NCBI GenBank assembly: GCA_965222605.1
Contig: OZ244960.1
Coordinates: 4,512,001-4,576,000 of the forward strand
Direction: 5' to 3'
DNA from: Candidatus Latescibacterota bacterium
GTDB lineage: Bacteria; Latescibacterota; UBA2968
Length of the DNA stretch: 64,000 nucleotides
Each line of letters opens with the position of its first letter. Within the stretch, counting starts at the first letter, position 1. Of the stretch, positions 28,677 to 38,662 are shown piece after piece. The translations under genes were made by a program, and so were the position numbers. The notes beneath the pieces were generated by a model that was given only the letters and a program-made list of their open reading frames with translations, had not been told where the DNA came from and ran no database searches.

Positions 28677-30827
28677 TTAGTCACCTGATGGCTGTTTTTC
28701 CTGTTCAGAGGTGTGTTCCTCCGAGGTTTGGTCTGTTGCTTCCTGTTCTTCTGTGACCTGATCTTTCGATTCTTCTGGATGTTTGGCACGCCCGTTTGGC
28801 ACTGATTTTTCGAGTGTTTTGCCTTCTAATAACTGGTCGAGCTGTACATTGTTGAGGGTTTCAAATTCGAGTAATGCTTTGGCAAGGATGTGAACGTTGT
28901 CGATGTTATCACTGAGCAATTGTTCTGCGCGGGACTCGGCTTTGAGCACGAAGTTTCTAATTTCCTCGTCGATCATTTCGGCTACTCTGTCGCTGTGGTC
29001 TCGACGTTGTGCCATTTCGAGCCCGAGGAATATTTCGTCGTTTTGCTGCCCATAAGCAATGGGACCGAGTTTTTGACTCATGCCCCAATCGCAAACCATT
29101 TGCCGGGCGAGATTGGTGGCCATGCGGTAGTCTTGCTGCCCGCCTGTTGTGATTTCGCCAAAAACGAGCTTTTCGGCAATTCTACCACCCAGGGCGTAAG
29201 CGAGGACAGCTTCACAATAACTTTGAGGATAGGTGTGGCGCTCGTCGATGGGCAGGGTGTGTGTGACGCCGAGGGCACGCCCGCGAGGAATGATGGTCAC
29301 TTTGTGCAGGGGATCGCTTTCTGGTATGAGTTTGGCTACCAGCGCATGACCAATTTCGTGATAGGACGTGAGGCGTTTTTCCTTGTCGGAAATGACCAGG
29401 CTGCGTCGCTCTGCGCCCATCATGACTTTGTCTTTGGCGTCTTCAAAGTCGTTCATGGTTACGCTGTCTCGGTTGTATCTCGATGCCAGCAGCGCGGCTT
29501 CGTTGACCAGGTTGGCGAGGTCTGCGCCTGCCAGTCCAGGGGTTCCGCGCGCCAGCACCTGTAAGTTGACGTCCTCGGAGAGAGGTGTGTTGCGGGTGTG
29601 AACTTTTAGAATGCCTTCCCGCCCTCTGACATCGGGACGATCTACCACGACCTGGCGGTCGAAGCGTCCGGGTCGCAACAGCGCGGGGTCGAGCACATCG
29701 GGACGGTTGGTGGCTGCGATGAGGATGAGGCCCTCTTTGGATTCAAAACCATCCATTTCAACCAGGAGTTGATTGAGGGTTTGTTCGCGCTCGTCGTGAC
29801 CTCCTCCAATACCTGCGCCGCGGTGCCGCCCCACAGCATCTATTTCGTCGATAAAGATGATACACGGGGCATGATTTTTCCCCTGTTCAAAGAGGTCGCG
29901 CACGCGCGATGCGCCCACGCCGACAAACATTTCGACAAAGTCCGAGCCGCTCATTAAAAAGAATGGAACAGCCGCTTCGCCTGCGACAGCGCGTGCCATG
30001 TACGTTTTGCCCGTGCCGGGGGGGCCAACCAGGAGTACGCCTTTTGGAATGCGCCCGCCCAGGCGTTGAAATTTGCGCGGATCTTTCAGAAATTCGATGA
30101 TTTCCTGTAGTTCTTGCTTGGCTTCTTCGACACCTGCAACGTCTTTGAATGTGATTGTGGTTTTATCTTCAGAGATGAGCTTTGCCTTGCTTTTGCCAAA
30201 GCTGAACGCGCCTTTGGGGCCTCCTTGCATTTGACGCAAAATGAAGAGCCAAAGCCCTATGAACAGTAGCCATGGCAAAAAATTAAAAAATATGTTGAGC
30301 CAGTTAGAGGGTTTTTGAAAGCGAAAGTCAACGCCGTATTTGAGCCATTCTTCGCGGGTCTGGGCATCTACGACGCCCAGGTCAACGACAAAATCGCGAA
30401 AGGTGTGCTGTTGTCTTCGCCCTGGTGGGGTAAGCTCTTCTGCGACGAGGTGGCCGCGAAATTCGTTTTCAATAATAACCGCGCTCTGGATTTTTCCCTC
30501 TTCGAGAAGCATTTTGTACTCTTTGTAGCTGAGCACGACATCGCTGGAGGGGTCGCTACCAAAAAATTTGGAAGCAAAAATGGCAACCAGTACAAAAAAT
30601 ATCCAGAAAGCCAGTGGTTTTGAGATGCGCCGCCAGGGCCGCTTGCCATTCTCCGAAGCCCCATTGCGATCAGCATTATCCCGATTGAGCACTGACAAGT
30701 TTGGGCGCCGCTCTTTTTTCGTTTCAGGCGCGTCATCTTCAGGCTGTGTGGGAGCGCGATCAGGCGTCTCGTCGGATGAATGTGTTTCTTCATCCGGTTT
30801 CGAGTCCCTGTCCTTGGGGTCGGTCAT
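28677..30827 (-). CDS. ftsH: ATP-dependent zinc metalloprotease FtsH
   Basis: Two TMs, [43 protein letters not shown] zinc motif. Confidence 0.97.
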   Translation of the reverse strand: MTDPKDRDSKPDEETHSSDETPDRAPTQPEDDAPETKKERRPNLSVLNRDNADRNGASENGKRPWRRISKPLAFWIFFVLVAIFASKFFGSDPSSDVVLSYKEYKMLLEEGKIQSAVIIENEFRGHLVAEELTPPGRRQQHTFRDFVVDLGVVDAQTREEWLKYGVDFRFQKPSNWLNIFFNFLPWLLFIGLWLFILRQMQGGPKGAFSFGKSKAKLISEDKTTITFKDVAGVEEAKQELQEIIEFLKDPRKFQRLGGRIPKGVLLVGPPGTGKTYMARAVAGEAAVPFFLMSGSDFVEMFVGVGASRVRDLFEQGKNHAPCIIFIDEIDAVGRHRGAGIGGGHDEREQTLNQLLVEMDGFESKEGLILIAATNRPDVLDPALLRPGRFDRQVVVDRPDVRGREGILKVHTRNTPLSEDVNLQVLARGTPGLAGADLANLVNEAALLASRYNRDSVTMNDFEDAKDKVMMGAERRSLVISDKEKRLTSYHEIGHALVAKLIPESDPLHKVTIIPRGRALGVTHTLPIDERHTYPQSYCEAVLAYALGGRIAEKLVFGEITTGGQQDYRMATNLARQMVCDWGMSQKLGPIAYGQQNDEIFLGLEMAQRRDHSDRVAEMIDEEIRNFVLKAESRAEQLLSDNIDNVHILAKALLEFETLNNVQLDQLLEGKTLEKSVPNGRAKHPEESKDQVTEEQEATDQTSEEHTSEQEKQPSGD

Positions 30828-32269
30828 AAATGCCTCTTTTCGCATTGTGTGATCATGCTACTATAGGTTGCTTTGAGCACGCGCCGAGTAGTTGGTGTGA
30901 TGGGTGCAATTTGTGAACGCCGAAGGCCAACGACCCACAAAATGGTCGCACCACTTACCAGCAGTGGTATTTCGCCGCGCAGTGGGCGGGGTATTTTGCT
31001 GTCGCCGAGCAGTCTGCTGACTTTTTTCCCCCCCTGCATGCCAAAAGGGTGAAACCAGTCGCCCGGCCGGGGTGAGCGGAGATACAACGCCCGGTTGGGA
31101 AGTTGATCCAGATCAAAAAAAACGGTATGATTCGCTGTTTTTGAACTGCTGAAGCAGTTGTACACCGCTTGCAGGTGCTCATGGTTGACTCGATTTAATA
31201 TGGTTATTGAGAATTTGCCGTTGATATCGAGCGTCTCATCGGGTTCAACCAAAAAGCAGTAAGCTCGGGCGGGTTGAGCGATAATAAGTGTGTCATGCGT
31301 GCGATAAGCTGAGATTCCTGGCGTTATTTGAACGCTGTTTCCAGGGGTGGAAGAAATTTCGAGAATTCGTTCAATAACCTGGAAACGCGCGGCTTCGGCA
31401 TTGGCCTGGAGGGCAAAGAGCACCTTCCGAATCAGACGACGCCGAAGTGATATATGATAACTGAAAAATCGCCTAACATCAAGGATAAATTTTCGAGTGT
31501 CGCGGTACAGGAGGGTTTCCGAAAGTGCCTGTTCCGCAATGTTTTCGAGGTGTGCATCGTCATTTTGTAGCAGGGTTGCCGAACGTGAAAGGAGGTCTTC
31601 GATTTGGGGATTGTATGTCTTTTGCAAGTGGGGTATCAGATCTGTGCGAATGCGATTGCGCAGAAATTTTGGATCGCTATTTGTTTCATCGCGCAGCACT
31701 CGCAATTTGCGAGTGCGTACATAAAGTTCGATTTCCGACCTGGAAAATGAGAGCAGGGGACGAATCCAGCACGCTTCTGAAATTGGACGCATACCCCCCA
31801 ATCCGGTGAGTCCTGAACCTCGGACAAGGCGCAACAGGACGGTTTCTGCCTGATCGCTTTTTGTATGGCCAAGCGCGATCCGGTTTGCGCCGGTTTTTTG
31901 TTGTATTTTTTTTAAAAATGCCCGTCGTGCATCGCGCGCTGCTTCTTCGATTGATTGCTTTTTATCTTGTGCTCGCTGCGCAACATCTTCCTTTCCGATA
32001 TAGACGGGATAGTTTTGGGCGATTTTTTTCACAAATGCGGCATCGCTTTCGGCATTGGGACGCAGTTGATGATTGAGATGCGCGATATAAAGTGTGAGGT
32101 GCCATTTTGATCTGAGGCGGTGGAGCAGATCGAATAAGGTGACGGAGTCGGGACCGCCAGACAGGGCTACGACCACGCCATCACCCGATGTGAGGAGGCG
32201 TTCTCGTTGGATATAGGCTTCAACGCGATGTAGAAGATCCATTTCTTGAACGGACATGCCGAGTTCCAT
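30824..32269 (-). CDS. tilS: tRNA(Ile)-lysidine synthetase
   Basis: [10 protein letters not shown]-loop, [36 protein letters not shown]-terminal GDWFHPFGM. Exact start uncertain. Confidence 0.95.
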   Translation of the reverse strand: MELGMSVQEMDLLHRVEAYIQRERLLTSGDGVVVALSGGPDSVTLFDLLHRLRSKWHLTLYIAHLNHQLRPNAESDAAFVKKIAQNYPVYIGKEDVAQRAQDKKQSIEEAARDARRAFLKKIQQKTGANRIALGHTKSDQAETVLLRLVRGSGLTGLGGMRPISEACWIRPLLSFSRSEIELYVRTRKLRVLRDETNSDPKFLRNRIRTDLIPHLQKTYNPQIEDLLSRSATLLQNDDAHLENIAEQALSETLLYRDTRKFILDVRRFFSYHISLRRRLIRKVLFALQANAEAARFQVIERILEISSTPGNSVQITPGISAYRTHDTLIIAQPARAYCFLVEPDETLDINGKFSITILNRVNHEHLQAVYNCFSSSKTANHTVFFDLDQLPNRALYLRSPRPGDWFHPFGMQGGKKVSRLLGDSKIPRPLRGEIPLLVSGATILWVVGLRRSQIAPITPTTRRVLKATYSSMITQCEKRHL

Positions 32270-32334
32270 ATTGCAAGTGTTTGGACGCCTGAATCGCGTC
32301 TGAAGTTTCTCGTATCACCTATGGGAAATAAAAT

Positions 32335-32363
32335 AAACGGCTGTGGATTTACAGCCGTTTTAT
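32335..32363. terminator. Probable intrinsic terminator after outer-membrane protein gene
   Basis: AAACGGCTGT-GGATTT-ACAGCCGTTT with A/T-rich flanks. Confidence 0.6.
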
Positions 32364-32373
32364 ATGCTTGTGA

Positions 32374-33909
32374 CTAAAAGTAGGTATTGAGGCGCATTTC
32401 CACACCTTTGAAGGGGAGTACTAGATAGCAAGTCCCCGATGTACAGGCGGTGCCTCCGCGCCGCTCACCCACAAAGAGGACGGCGTCGTAATGCGTGCCA
32501 AACCGCGCATTGAGGTTGAGAGATACGAAGGTGCGACTGCCGGTTTCGATGTCGAAAGTTTCTGGACGGTCAACTTCAAAAGGGTCGGTTGTGTGATCAA
32601 AGACAAGGGCTGCGCCAAAACCGCGCGCGTGTTGTGCAGAGAGCGCGCCATAAGTATTGGAGAAATGCGGTTCATCTTCAAAATGGACAGCGCGTTGATA
32701 TTGAAGATCGAGGCCGAGGGTATGACCTCGGTCGGTTGTGGTTTCAAAAATCGCGCCACCTGTGCGGTGGCTGTCGATGCTTTCGAGGTCGTCTTTGCCC
32801 CAGTTAAAAAAGAAGGTGGCGGTCAGATTGTCAAATTTGTACAGATCAAAAGAGAAATGTCTTTCTTTGAAAAAGGTCTGTATAGTCTCGGACAAATCAT
32901 TGCGTGCGTGACTGATATTGACCGTGAAATTGCCCAGGTCCAGTTGCGTATAAGTGCCTTCGATCTGATAGCCTATTTCGCTGGTGAGCAGGAGTACATG
33001 TGTGGTCCGGTTGAGCAAAGAGGCCGTGTGTTCGCGGACGAGCGATGGGGGGTCATTAAAGTGGAGGTGCATGTTGTCGTAATTTTTATATTCAACACTC
33101 AATCCCAGATGGTTTCCGCCCACATTGCCCGATAAGTAGAGGGCAGTTCCTTTTTCGTCGTCTTCGCGCCGTGCATATTCGCCTTCGCGCTGTGCGTATT
33201 CGCCGTAGAAGCTTCCGTATAGGCCGGCCTTTTGCAGAATGTTAGAAAGGTCGAGGTCGGCAAAACCAGACCAGGCCCAATTTTTGTCGATGAGGGAATC
33301 TCTGGGGGTGATGTAAACGCTCGTGCTGCCAATTTTGAGGTTGGAATTGAGTCTGATGGCGAGTTCGCCGCCCGTGACCCAATCTCCGCGACGGGAAATG
33401 CTCCGAGGCGGGATGCCTGTTTTGGCACCTGGGGGAATATCGCTGAGTGCTGATTGACCGATGAGGGCTTTGGCCTCTACGCGATTGCCAGTCCATGAGG
33501 CTGTCGCGCCTTCGAGGTCCTGAGCCGGGGCATAGCGCAGGCGATAAATGGGGCTTTCGAGCACGACGCCGGGCAGTTCAAATGCGCGAAGTGTGAGGCC
33601 CCGTCCGAGAATTGCGTAGTAATTGCCGATTTCCACATTTGCAGCACCATAGTTCCACCGCGCGTATTTTTGCGTGATTTGATACGTTTTGCGATCTGCG
33701 CCCCAGGTGTTGTAAATTTCTGCTCTTAAACCGGCCTGCAAGCCCTTTTGCGTAAAGTCGAGATTCACTTGATTGTAGGCTGTGGAGATGGCTGTGGAGT
33801 CAGATCCCGGCACTTCGCCGCGCTGCATTTCCGTCAATCCCGTGATGGTGATTTGTGCAGAAATAGGGGCTGTGAAGAGCAGGATAAGGAGCAGGCTACT
33901 TGCTTTCAT
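32374..33909 (-). CDS. Outer-membrane beta-barrel protein, DUF6029-like, with C-terminal CxxGxC
   Basis: Signal peptide, GNYYAILGRGLTLR, EYKNY, NDPPSL, GERRGGTACTSGTC...PFKG, terminal aromatic residues (YF). Confidence 0.65.
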   Translation of the reverse strand: MKASSLLLILLFTAPISAQITITGLTEMQRGEVPGSDSTAISTAYNQVNLDFTQKGLQAGLRAEIYNTWGADRKTYQITQKYARWNYGAANVEIGNYYAILGRGLTLRAFELPGVVLESPIYRLRYAPAQDLEGATASWTGNRVEAKALIGQSALSDIPPGAKTGIPPRSISRRGDWVTGGELAIRLNSNLKIGSTSVYITPRDSLIDKNWAWSGFADLDLSNILQKAGLYGSFYGEYAQREGEYARREDDEKGTALYLSGNVGGNHLGLSVEYKNYDNMHLHFNDPPSLVREHTASLLNRTTHVLLLTSEIGYQIEGTYTQLDLGNFTVNISHARNDLSETIQTFFKERHFSFDLYKFDNLTATFFFNWGKDDLESIDSHRTGGAIFETTTDRGHTLGLDLQYQRAVHFEDEPHFSNTYGALSAQHARGFGAALVFDHTTDPFEVDRPETFDIETGSRTFVSLNLNARFGTHYDAVLFVGERRGGTACTSGTCYLVLPFKGVEMRLNTYF

Positions 33910-34450
33910 CTGGGGTTTCCTTTTTTTCTGGGTTTTTCTTTTCCTCTGATGCTTCCATTTCCTCTGATGCTTCTTTTTCGGGCAATAGGACCTCTAAAGC
34001 GTCGATGATGGCCTTTCCATCGGATAAACCGGCCTCCCGCAATACAATTTCGCGGTCTGGAGCAATGAGAATTGTGGTGGGCAGGGCGCGAACTAGCATG
34101 CGTTTCATAACCGATCCATCGGCGTCAAGGGCGATTGGGAATGTGATGTTGCGGCCTCGCAAAAATGGGCGAATGCGATTTTGACCACGGGGTCCATCTT
34201 CGTTCACGCCGAGAACGGTGAGTCCTCTGTCGGCGTATTTGGCGTGGATTTCTTCGAGCTTGGGCATTGCTTTGATGCAGGGTTTGCACCATGTGGCCCA
34301 GAAGTCGAGTAAAACAGGGCCTTTTTCGAGGAGCGCAGTTAGTTGTATTCGCTCGCCACTGAGGGCTGGCAGGTTGAATTCAGGTGCTTCGGTTGCGCGG
34401 GCAGATGATGCGATTAGAAGGCAGAGCCATAGTGCGAGAAATTTTTTCAT
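33896..34450 (-). CDS. TlpA family thiol-disulfide reductase (exported)
   Basis: Signal peptide, VLLDFWATWCKPC, LPTTILI. Confidence 0.9.
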   Translation of the reverse strand: MKKFLALWLCLLIASSARATEAPEFNLPALSGERIQLTALLEKGPVLLDFWATWCKPCIKAMPKLEEIHAKYADRGLTVLGVNEDGPRGQNRIRPFLRGRNITFPIALDADGSVMKRMLVRALPTTILIAPDREIVLREAGLSDGKAIIDALEVLLPEKEASEEMEASEEKKNPEKKETPDESK

Positions 34451-34484
34451 GAGATACCTCTTGGGGATTAAAATTTAAGAATTA

Positions 34485-34512
34485 GTAGGGGCGGTGCCCT
34501 GTGCCCGCCCGT
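34485..34512 (+). repeat. GTAG-type REP element, copy 1
   Basis: GTAGGGGCGGTGCCCTGTGCCCGCCCGT; near-identical to 53420-53448. Confidence 0.75.
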
Positions 34513-34775
34513 TATTATAGGGATGGGATCGTCTGTCCCTTTAGAAATATGCCGAATTTTGCGTTTGAAGTGAAGAATTATTTTGAGATGTTGGTACAAA
34601 CAGACAGCACCTATCCTTCTGAACCCATTATAGGCGTGCAAAATGAGAGATTTTCAAGAAACAAATCTGTGTGCGAAAATAGAGACGGTAAAAAAACAAT
34701 GGTGTAAAGGCTGACAGTAGAGTTATTTTATTTTGCACATCAGATCAGAGAATACCGCAAAATCTTGGGGGAAAA

Positions 34776-36014
34776 ATGAATATTCGCTCACTCCATGTAC
34801 AAATCCTCATTGCGTTGCTCCTCGGCGCAATGAGTGGCATGCTGTTAGGGGAATCCGTTCTCCACTTCGCCTTTTTGGGAACCCTTTTTCTCAAGGGCCT
34901 TAAAATGATCATCGTCCCTTTGGTCGTCACCTCTATTGTTTCCGGGGTGGTCGGCATAGGCCAGGTCGGTCATTTTGGACGCCTGAGTGCTCAGACCTTT
35001 ACCTACTACCTGAGCACCAGCCTGTTGTCTATTGTCACCGGCCTGGTGTTGGTCAATGCCATAAGTCCAGGCAAGGGGGCACAGTTGCGTCTGCAAGCTC
35101 CTCCTGAACAACTGGTCGATTCCATAGCTCAATTCGGCGACGGTCCCAAAGCCGCCCTTGAGCGGCTGCTGTTGGATCTGGTGCCGGATAATGTATTCAA
35201 GGCTATGGCTGAAGGACAGATCTTGCCCGTGATCGTTTTTTGCTTTTTCCTCGGATTTGCCATCATCCGCTTGCCCGATCCGCACCAGAAGCGCCTGCGT
35301 AGTTTTTTTCAATCGGCCTTCGAAGCCATGATGCAAATAACCCATTTTATTATTCGTCTGGCACCCATCGGCATTTTTGCCCTGGTCGCCAAAGTCGTTG
35401 GCACCACCGGCCTGTCGATTTTCGTCGATTTGGGTCTGTACGCCCTCACTGTCTTAGCAGGTTTGATTGTTCACGCGGCGATTACCCTGCCGCTGGTGCT
35501 CTATTTTTTGGGTGGCATATCGCCCCTGGCTCTCTTTCGTGCCCTGACGCCGGCTCTCCTCACCGCTTTTTCTACCAGTTCCTCTTCGGCGACCTTGCCC
35601 ATTACCATTGAATCGCTGGAACAACGCGCTGGCGTTTCCAACCGCACCACCAGTTTTGTCGCGCCGCTGGGTGCTACCATCAATATGGACGGTACAGCCC
35701 TGTTCGAATGTGTCGCCGCCTTATTTATTGCGCAAGCCTATGGGGTTGATCTGGGCTTTACCCAGCAATTCCTGGTCGTTCTTACCGCTTTGTTGGCCTC
35801 TATTGGTGCGGCTGGCATTCCTATGACGGGCCTGGTGATGCTTTCTATTGTCCTATCCTCTGTGGGTCTGCCTCTGGAGGGGATCGGCCTGATCCTGGCT
35901 GTAGATCGCATTTTGGACATGTTTCGCACCACCGTCAATGTCTGGAGCGATTCGTGTGGCACTGCTCTGATAGCCCGCTACCAGGGCGAAAAATTAGACA
36001 TCACTGAACGCTGA
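34776..36014 (+). CDS. Dicarboxylate/amino acid:cation symporter (DAACS)
   Basis: LKMIIVPLV, AFSTSSSSATLP, PLGATINMDGTALFE, SIGAAGIP, VDRILDMFRTTVNVWSD. Confidence 0.95.
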   Translation: MNIRSLHVQILIALLLGAMSGMLLGESVLHFAFLGTLFLKGLKMIIVPLVVTSIVSGVVGIGQVGHFGRLSAQTFTYYLSTSLLSIVTGLVLVNAISPGKGAQLRLQAPPEQLVDSIAQFGDGPKAALERLLLDLVPDNVFKAMAEGQILPVIVFCFFLGFAIIRLPDPHQKRLRSFFQSAFEAMMQITHFIIRLAPIGIFALVAKVVGTTGLSIFVDLGLYALTVLAGLIVHAAITLPLVLYFLGGISPLALFRALTPALLTAFSTSSSSATLPITIESLEQRAGVSNRTTSFVAPLGATINMDGTALFECVAALFIAQAYGVDLGFTQQFLVVLTALLASIGAAGIPMTGLVMLSIVLSSVGLPLEGIGLILAVDRILDMFRTTVNVWSDSCGTALIARYQGEKLDITER

Positions 36015-36037
36015 CATTTACTTATTGGAGGTTAGTT

Positions 36038-37087
36038 ATGGTTTCGATAGGTATTATTGGATTGGGATTTATGGGTATGACGCATTACCGGGGGATTCAA
36101 AGGGTGCGCGGGGGTAAGGTGGCTGCGATATGCACGCGCAGTCCCAAAAAGCGGGCGGGAGATTGGCGGGGGTTGGGCGGCAATTTTGGAGAGCCGGGAG
36201 GGGTGGAAGACCTGTCGGGTATTCGCACGTATGAGAAGATTGATGAGTTGCTATCAGATGTTTCAATTGATCTGGTCGATATCTGTTTGCCGACGTCGCA
36301 ACACTGTGATGTTGCAATCGCTGCGATGCGCGCGGGCAAGCATGTGCTGGTCGAAAAGCCCATTGCGCTGAGTCTCGAGGACGCCGACCGCATGGTGCGG
36401 GTTTCCGAACAGACGGGAAGGTTGATGATGGTGGCACAGGTTTTGCCCTTTTTTCCCGAGTTTGCCTATCTCAAGCAGGTGGTCGATGGCGGGGAATATG
36501 GCAATGTGCTCGGCGCGCATTTTAAGCGCGTTATTTCGCAGCCGAATTGGACATCGGCTTTTGCCAATATGGAAAAGAGTGGAGGACCGGGCGTCGATTT
36601 GCATATTCACGATACGCACTATATCCTGGTGGTGTTCGGTCGGCCAGATCGGGTGGTGTCTTCGGGCAGGCTGGTGCAAGATCGGTATGTGGAGTATATT
36701 TCGACGAGTTATCAATATGACAGCCAGCCGGATTTGTGCGTGACGTGTGCTTCGGGTGCTATTTCTCAGCAGGGTAGGGCGTTTACGCATGGGTTTGAGG
36801 TCTATTTGGAGCGCGCTACGGTGCTTTACGAATTTTCGACTCTGGGCGGCAAGCCGGTCGTGACGATGCCCGTGACCTTGCTGACGGATGACGGTGAGGT
36901 GCGAGAACCGAGTCTGGGCGATGCCGATCCCGTTGTGGCATTTGCCAACGAGATTCAAGTCGCAGTAGATGCTGTGGAAAGCGGCGAGGTCGCCAGAGAA
37001 ATTTCTGGTGAGAGTGCTGCTGACGCGCTGCGTCTGTGTTTTAAGGAGGTCGAGTCGGTAAAACGCAGGCAGGCGGTGGCGGTGTGA
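36038..37087 (+). CDS. Gfo/Idh/MocA family oxidoreductase
   Basis: IGIIGLGFMG, HVLVEKP, DLHIHD. Confidence 0.92.
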   Translation: MVSIGIIGLGFMGMTHYRGIQRVRGGKVAAICTRSPKKRAGDWRGLGGNFGEPGGVEDLSGIRTYEKIDELLSDVSIDLVDICLPTSQHCDVAIAAMRAGKHVLVEKPIALSLEDADRMVRVSEQTGRLMMVAQVLPFFPEFAYLKQVVDGGEYGNVLGAHFKRVISQPNWTSAFANMEKSGGPGVDLHIHDTHYILVVFGRPDRVVSSGRLVQDRYVEYISTSYQYDSQPDLCVTCASGAISQQGRAFTHGFEVYLERATVLYEFSTLGGKPVVTMPVTLLTDDGEVREPSLGDADPVVAFANEIQVAVDAVESGEVAREISGESAADALRLCFKEVESVKRRQAVAV

Positions 37088-37123
37088 AGAGAGGCGCGCG
37101 CAACATGGGCTACGCAAAAAAAT

Positions 37124-37150
37124 AGGGCGAACACACAGGTCCGCCCTTAC
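37124..37150 (-). repeat. GTAG-type REP-like palindrome (divergent copy)
   Basis: Reverse strand reads GTAAGGGCGGACCTGTGTGTTCGCCCT; lies between convergent genes. Confidence 0.6.
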
Positions 37151-37172
37151 GACTGAATACGGATTTTTGCTT

Positions 37173-38618
37173 TCAACGCATTCTCACTTCTGCAACAGGT
37201 GTTCCCGCTGCCCCATCGAGCATGAGACTGCTCGCTCTGGCCAGGGTGGCGGATATGTTTTCGAGGCTTTGTCCGTCGAAGGATTGACCGCCAATAATTT
37301 TGGGACTGACAATGAGTGCCTGGCTGGCAGGTTGATCGAATAGCGCGAATGTCACGCTGCTGCCATAGCGCGCCATAGTGCTCATTGTGTCGTGAAATTG
37401 GGAGATGGTCTGGGTAGAGACATCACTGGCTTTCATTTCGATGAAGATAATATCGGGAAGTGCGGCATCCATGGCTTTTTGTGCGACCTGGGTGATGAAT
37501 GCGGTGCCGAGTTTGCGGCTGTCTTCGCTGTCCATCAGTACGCCGGATACCAGCCGACCAAATGCCTCATCTTTGATGATTTTTTTGAGTCTGAGTGCTT
37601 CCGGGGTCAGCTTGGGTTTGACCATGCGGTCTATGTATCGCTGCGATTTGCCCTGTTTTATGGCTGTGCCGAGTTGTTCTTCTATGGTGCCTGCGATTTT
37701 TTCGAGGCTGGGTGCGTTGACGGCATAAGGGCTGTATCTGGCACCATAGCCCTTGGTTTTGCTAACTATGGGGGGGGTTTCTTTTTCCCCAGACTGATAG
37801 AAAGCGAGTGTGCGCGTATGGGTTTTGTCCTCGGTGGCTTTGTTGTGGTGTTCAAATAGGGAAGGGACTTTGAGATTTTTGCCTTTGATTGCATTGGGTG
37901 AAGCCGTTTGAACCGTGGTCATCCATTCGCGCGAATTTTTGCCGTAGTCAATATTGTTAAATAATGCCCCTCTGTACGTCAGGTAGGCGGGGATATTCGA
38001 TCCCGATTCCGATCCGGTGATCGCAACGATGACCACGCCTTTGGGCAAGCCCTGGTCTGATAGGACAAAAGATTGGAAGGCGCGCTCGATCATGGCGTAT
38101 TGAGCAGGTGTAAAATCGGTGATATTCAGACTGGGACCTCCGCGTCCACGTCCGCGTCCACCTCTGCTACCGCGTGCCCCTTGCCCTCGCCGGCCCCCCT
38201 GTCTGCCGCCCTGAAGTGCCTGAAATTCGCGCAAGATATTGCCGAATACTGTGTTAAATTCCTGACGATCGGTGTTGAGGATTTTGCGAAAAAAGAGTTC
38301 GAGTTGTTGATGGCGAACGGGAAACAGATCGTCCCATTTTTTTGCCTGATCGAGTATGTACATCTGTATGGGTGCTGGCATCTGGCTGAGAATTTGCGCA
38401 TTGGCTTCGAGGAGCTTTTGGGCACCCCAGGGGAAATCGTTGAATTGTCCGCGTTGCTGGGGACGCAAATCTCCGCGTCCACCGCCTCCGCGTCCACCGC
38501 CTCCGCGTCCACCACCACCGCGACCACCGCCACCGCGCTGTGCGTAAATATCTGACAGGTCTAAGGCACATAATGCCGTGCCCACAAGTAAGATCGATAG
38601 CCATCTTGAAAATCGCAT
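37173..38618 (-). CDS. Exported hypothetical protein with RGG repeats and degenerate alkaline-phosphatase-like C-terminal domain
   Basis: ATG 38618 after GGAGG; signal peptide ending IYA; (RGGGG)x4; second RG-rich tract; PSLFE, PDIIFI, ENISATLA...GTPV. The AlkP-like call is tentative. Confidence 0.7.
   Translation of the reverse strand: MRFSRWLSILLVGTALCALDLSDIYAQRGGGGRGGGGRGGGGRGGGGRGDLRPQQRGQFNDFPWGAQKLLEANAQILSQMPAPIQMYILDQAKKWDDLFPVRHQQLELFFRKILNTDRQEFNTVFGNILREFQALQGGRQGGRRGQGARGSRGGRGRGRGGPSLNITDFTPAQYAMIERAFQSFVLSDQGLPKGVVIVAITGSESGSNIPAYLTYRGALFNNIDYGKNSREWMTTVQTASPNAIKGKNLKVPSLFEHHNKATEDKTHTRTLAFYQSGEKETPPIVSKTKGYGARYSPYAVNAPSLEKIAGTIEEQLGTAIKQGKSQRYIDRMVKPKLTPEALRLKKIIKDEAFGRLVSGVLMDSEDSRKLGTAFITQVAQKAMDAALPDIIFIEMKASDVSTQTISQFHDTMSTMARYGSSVTFALFDQPASQALIVSPKIIGGQSFDGQSLENISATLARASSLMLDGAAGTPVAEVRMR
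38470..38537 (-). repeat. 15-bp coding tandem repeat (RGGGG units)
   Basis: CCGCGTCCACCGCCT-type units repeated about 4 times. Confidence 0.85.
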
Positions 38619-38662
38619 GTTTGCCTCCCGGGTGAAGAGATGACGCGCTTTCATACATCGTT

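Noticed and set aside
33160-33975. Short in-frame duplications (GEYAQRE/GEYARRE; EASEEM/EASEEK)
   Set aside because: Ordinary slippage duplications in loops and tails, with no evidence of a diversifying mechanism.
38470-38537. Tandem repeat as a possible CRISPR array
   Set aside because: Contiguous 15-bp coding units without spacers, and no cas genes in the window.
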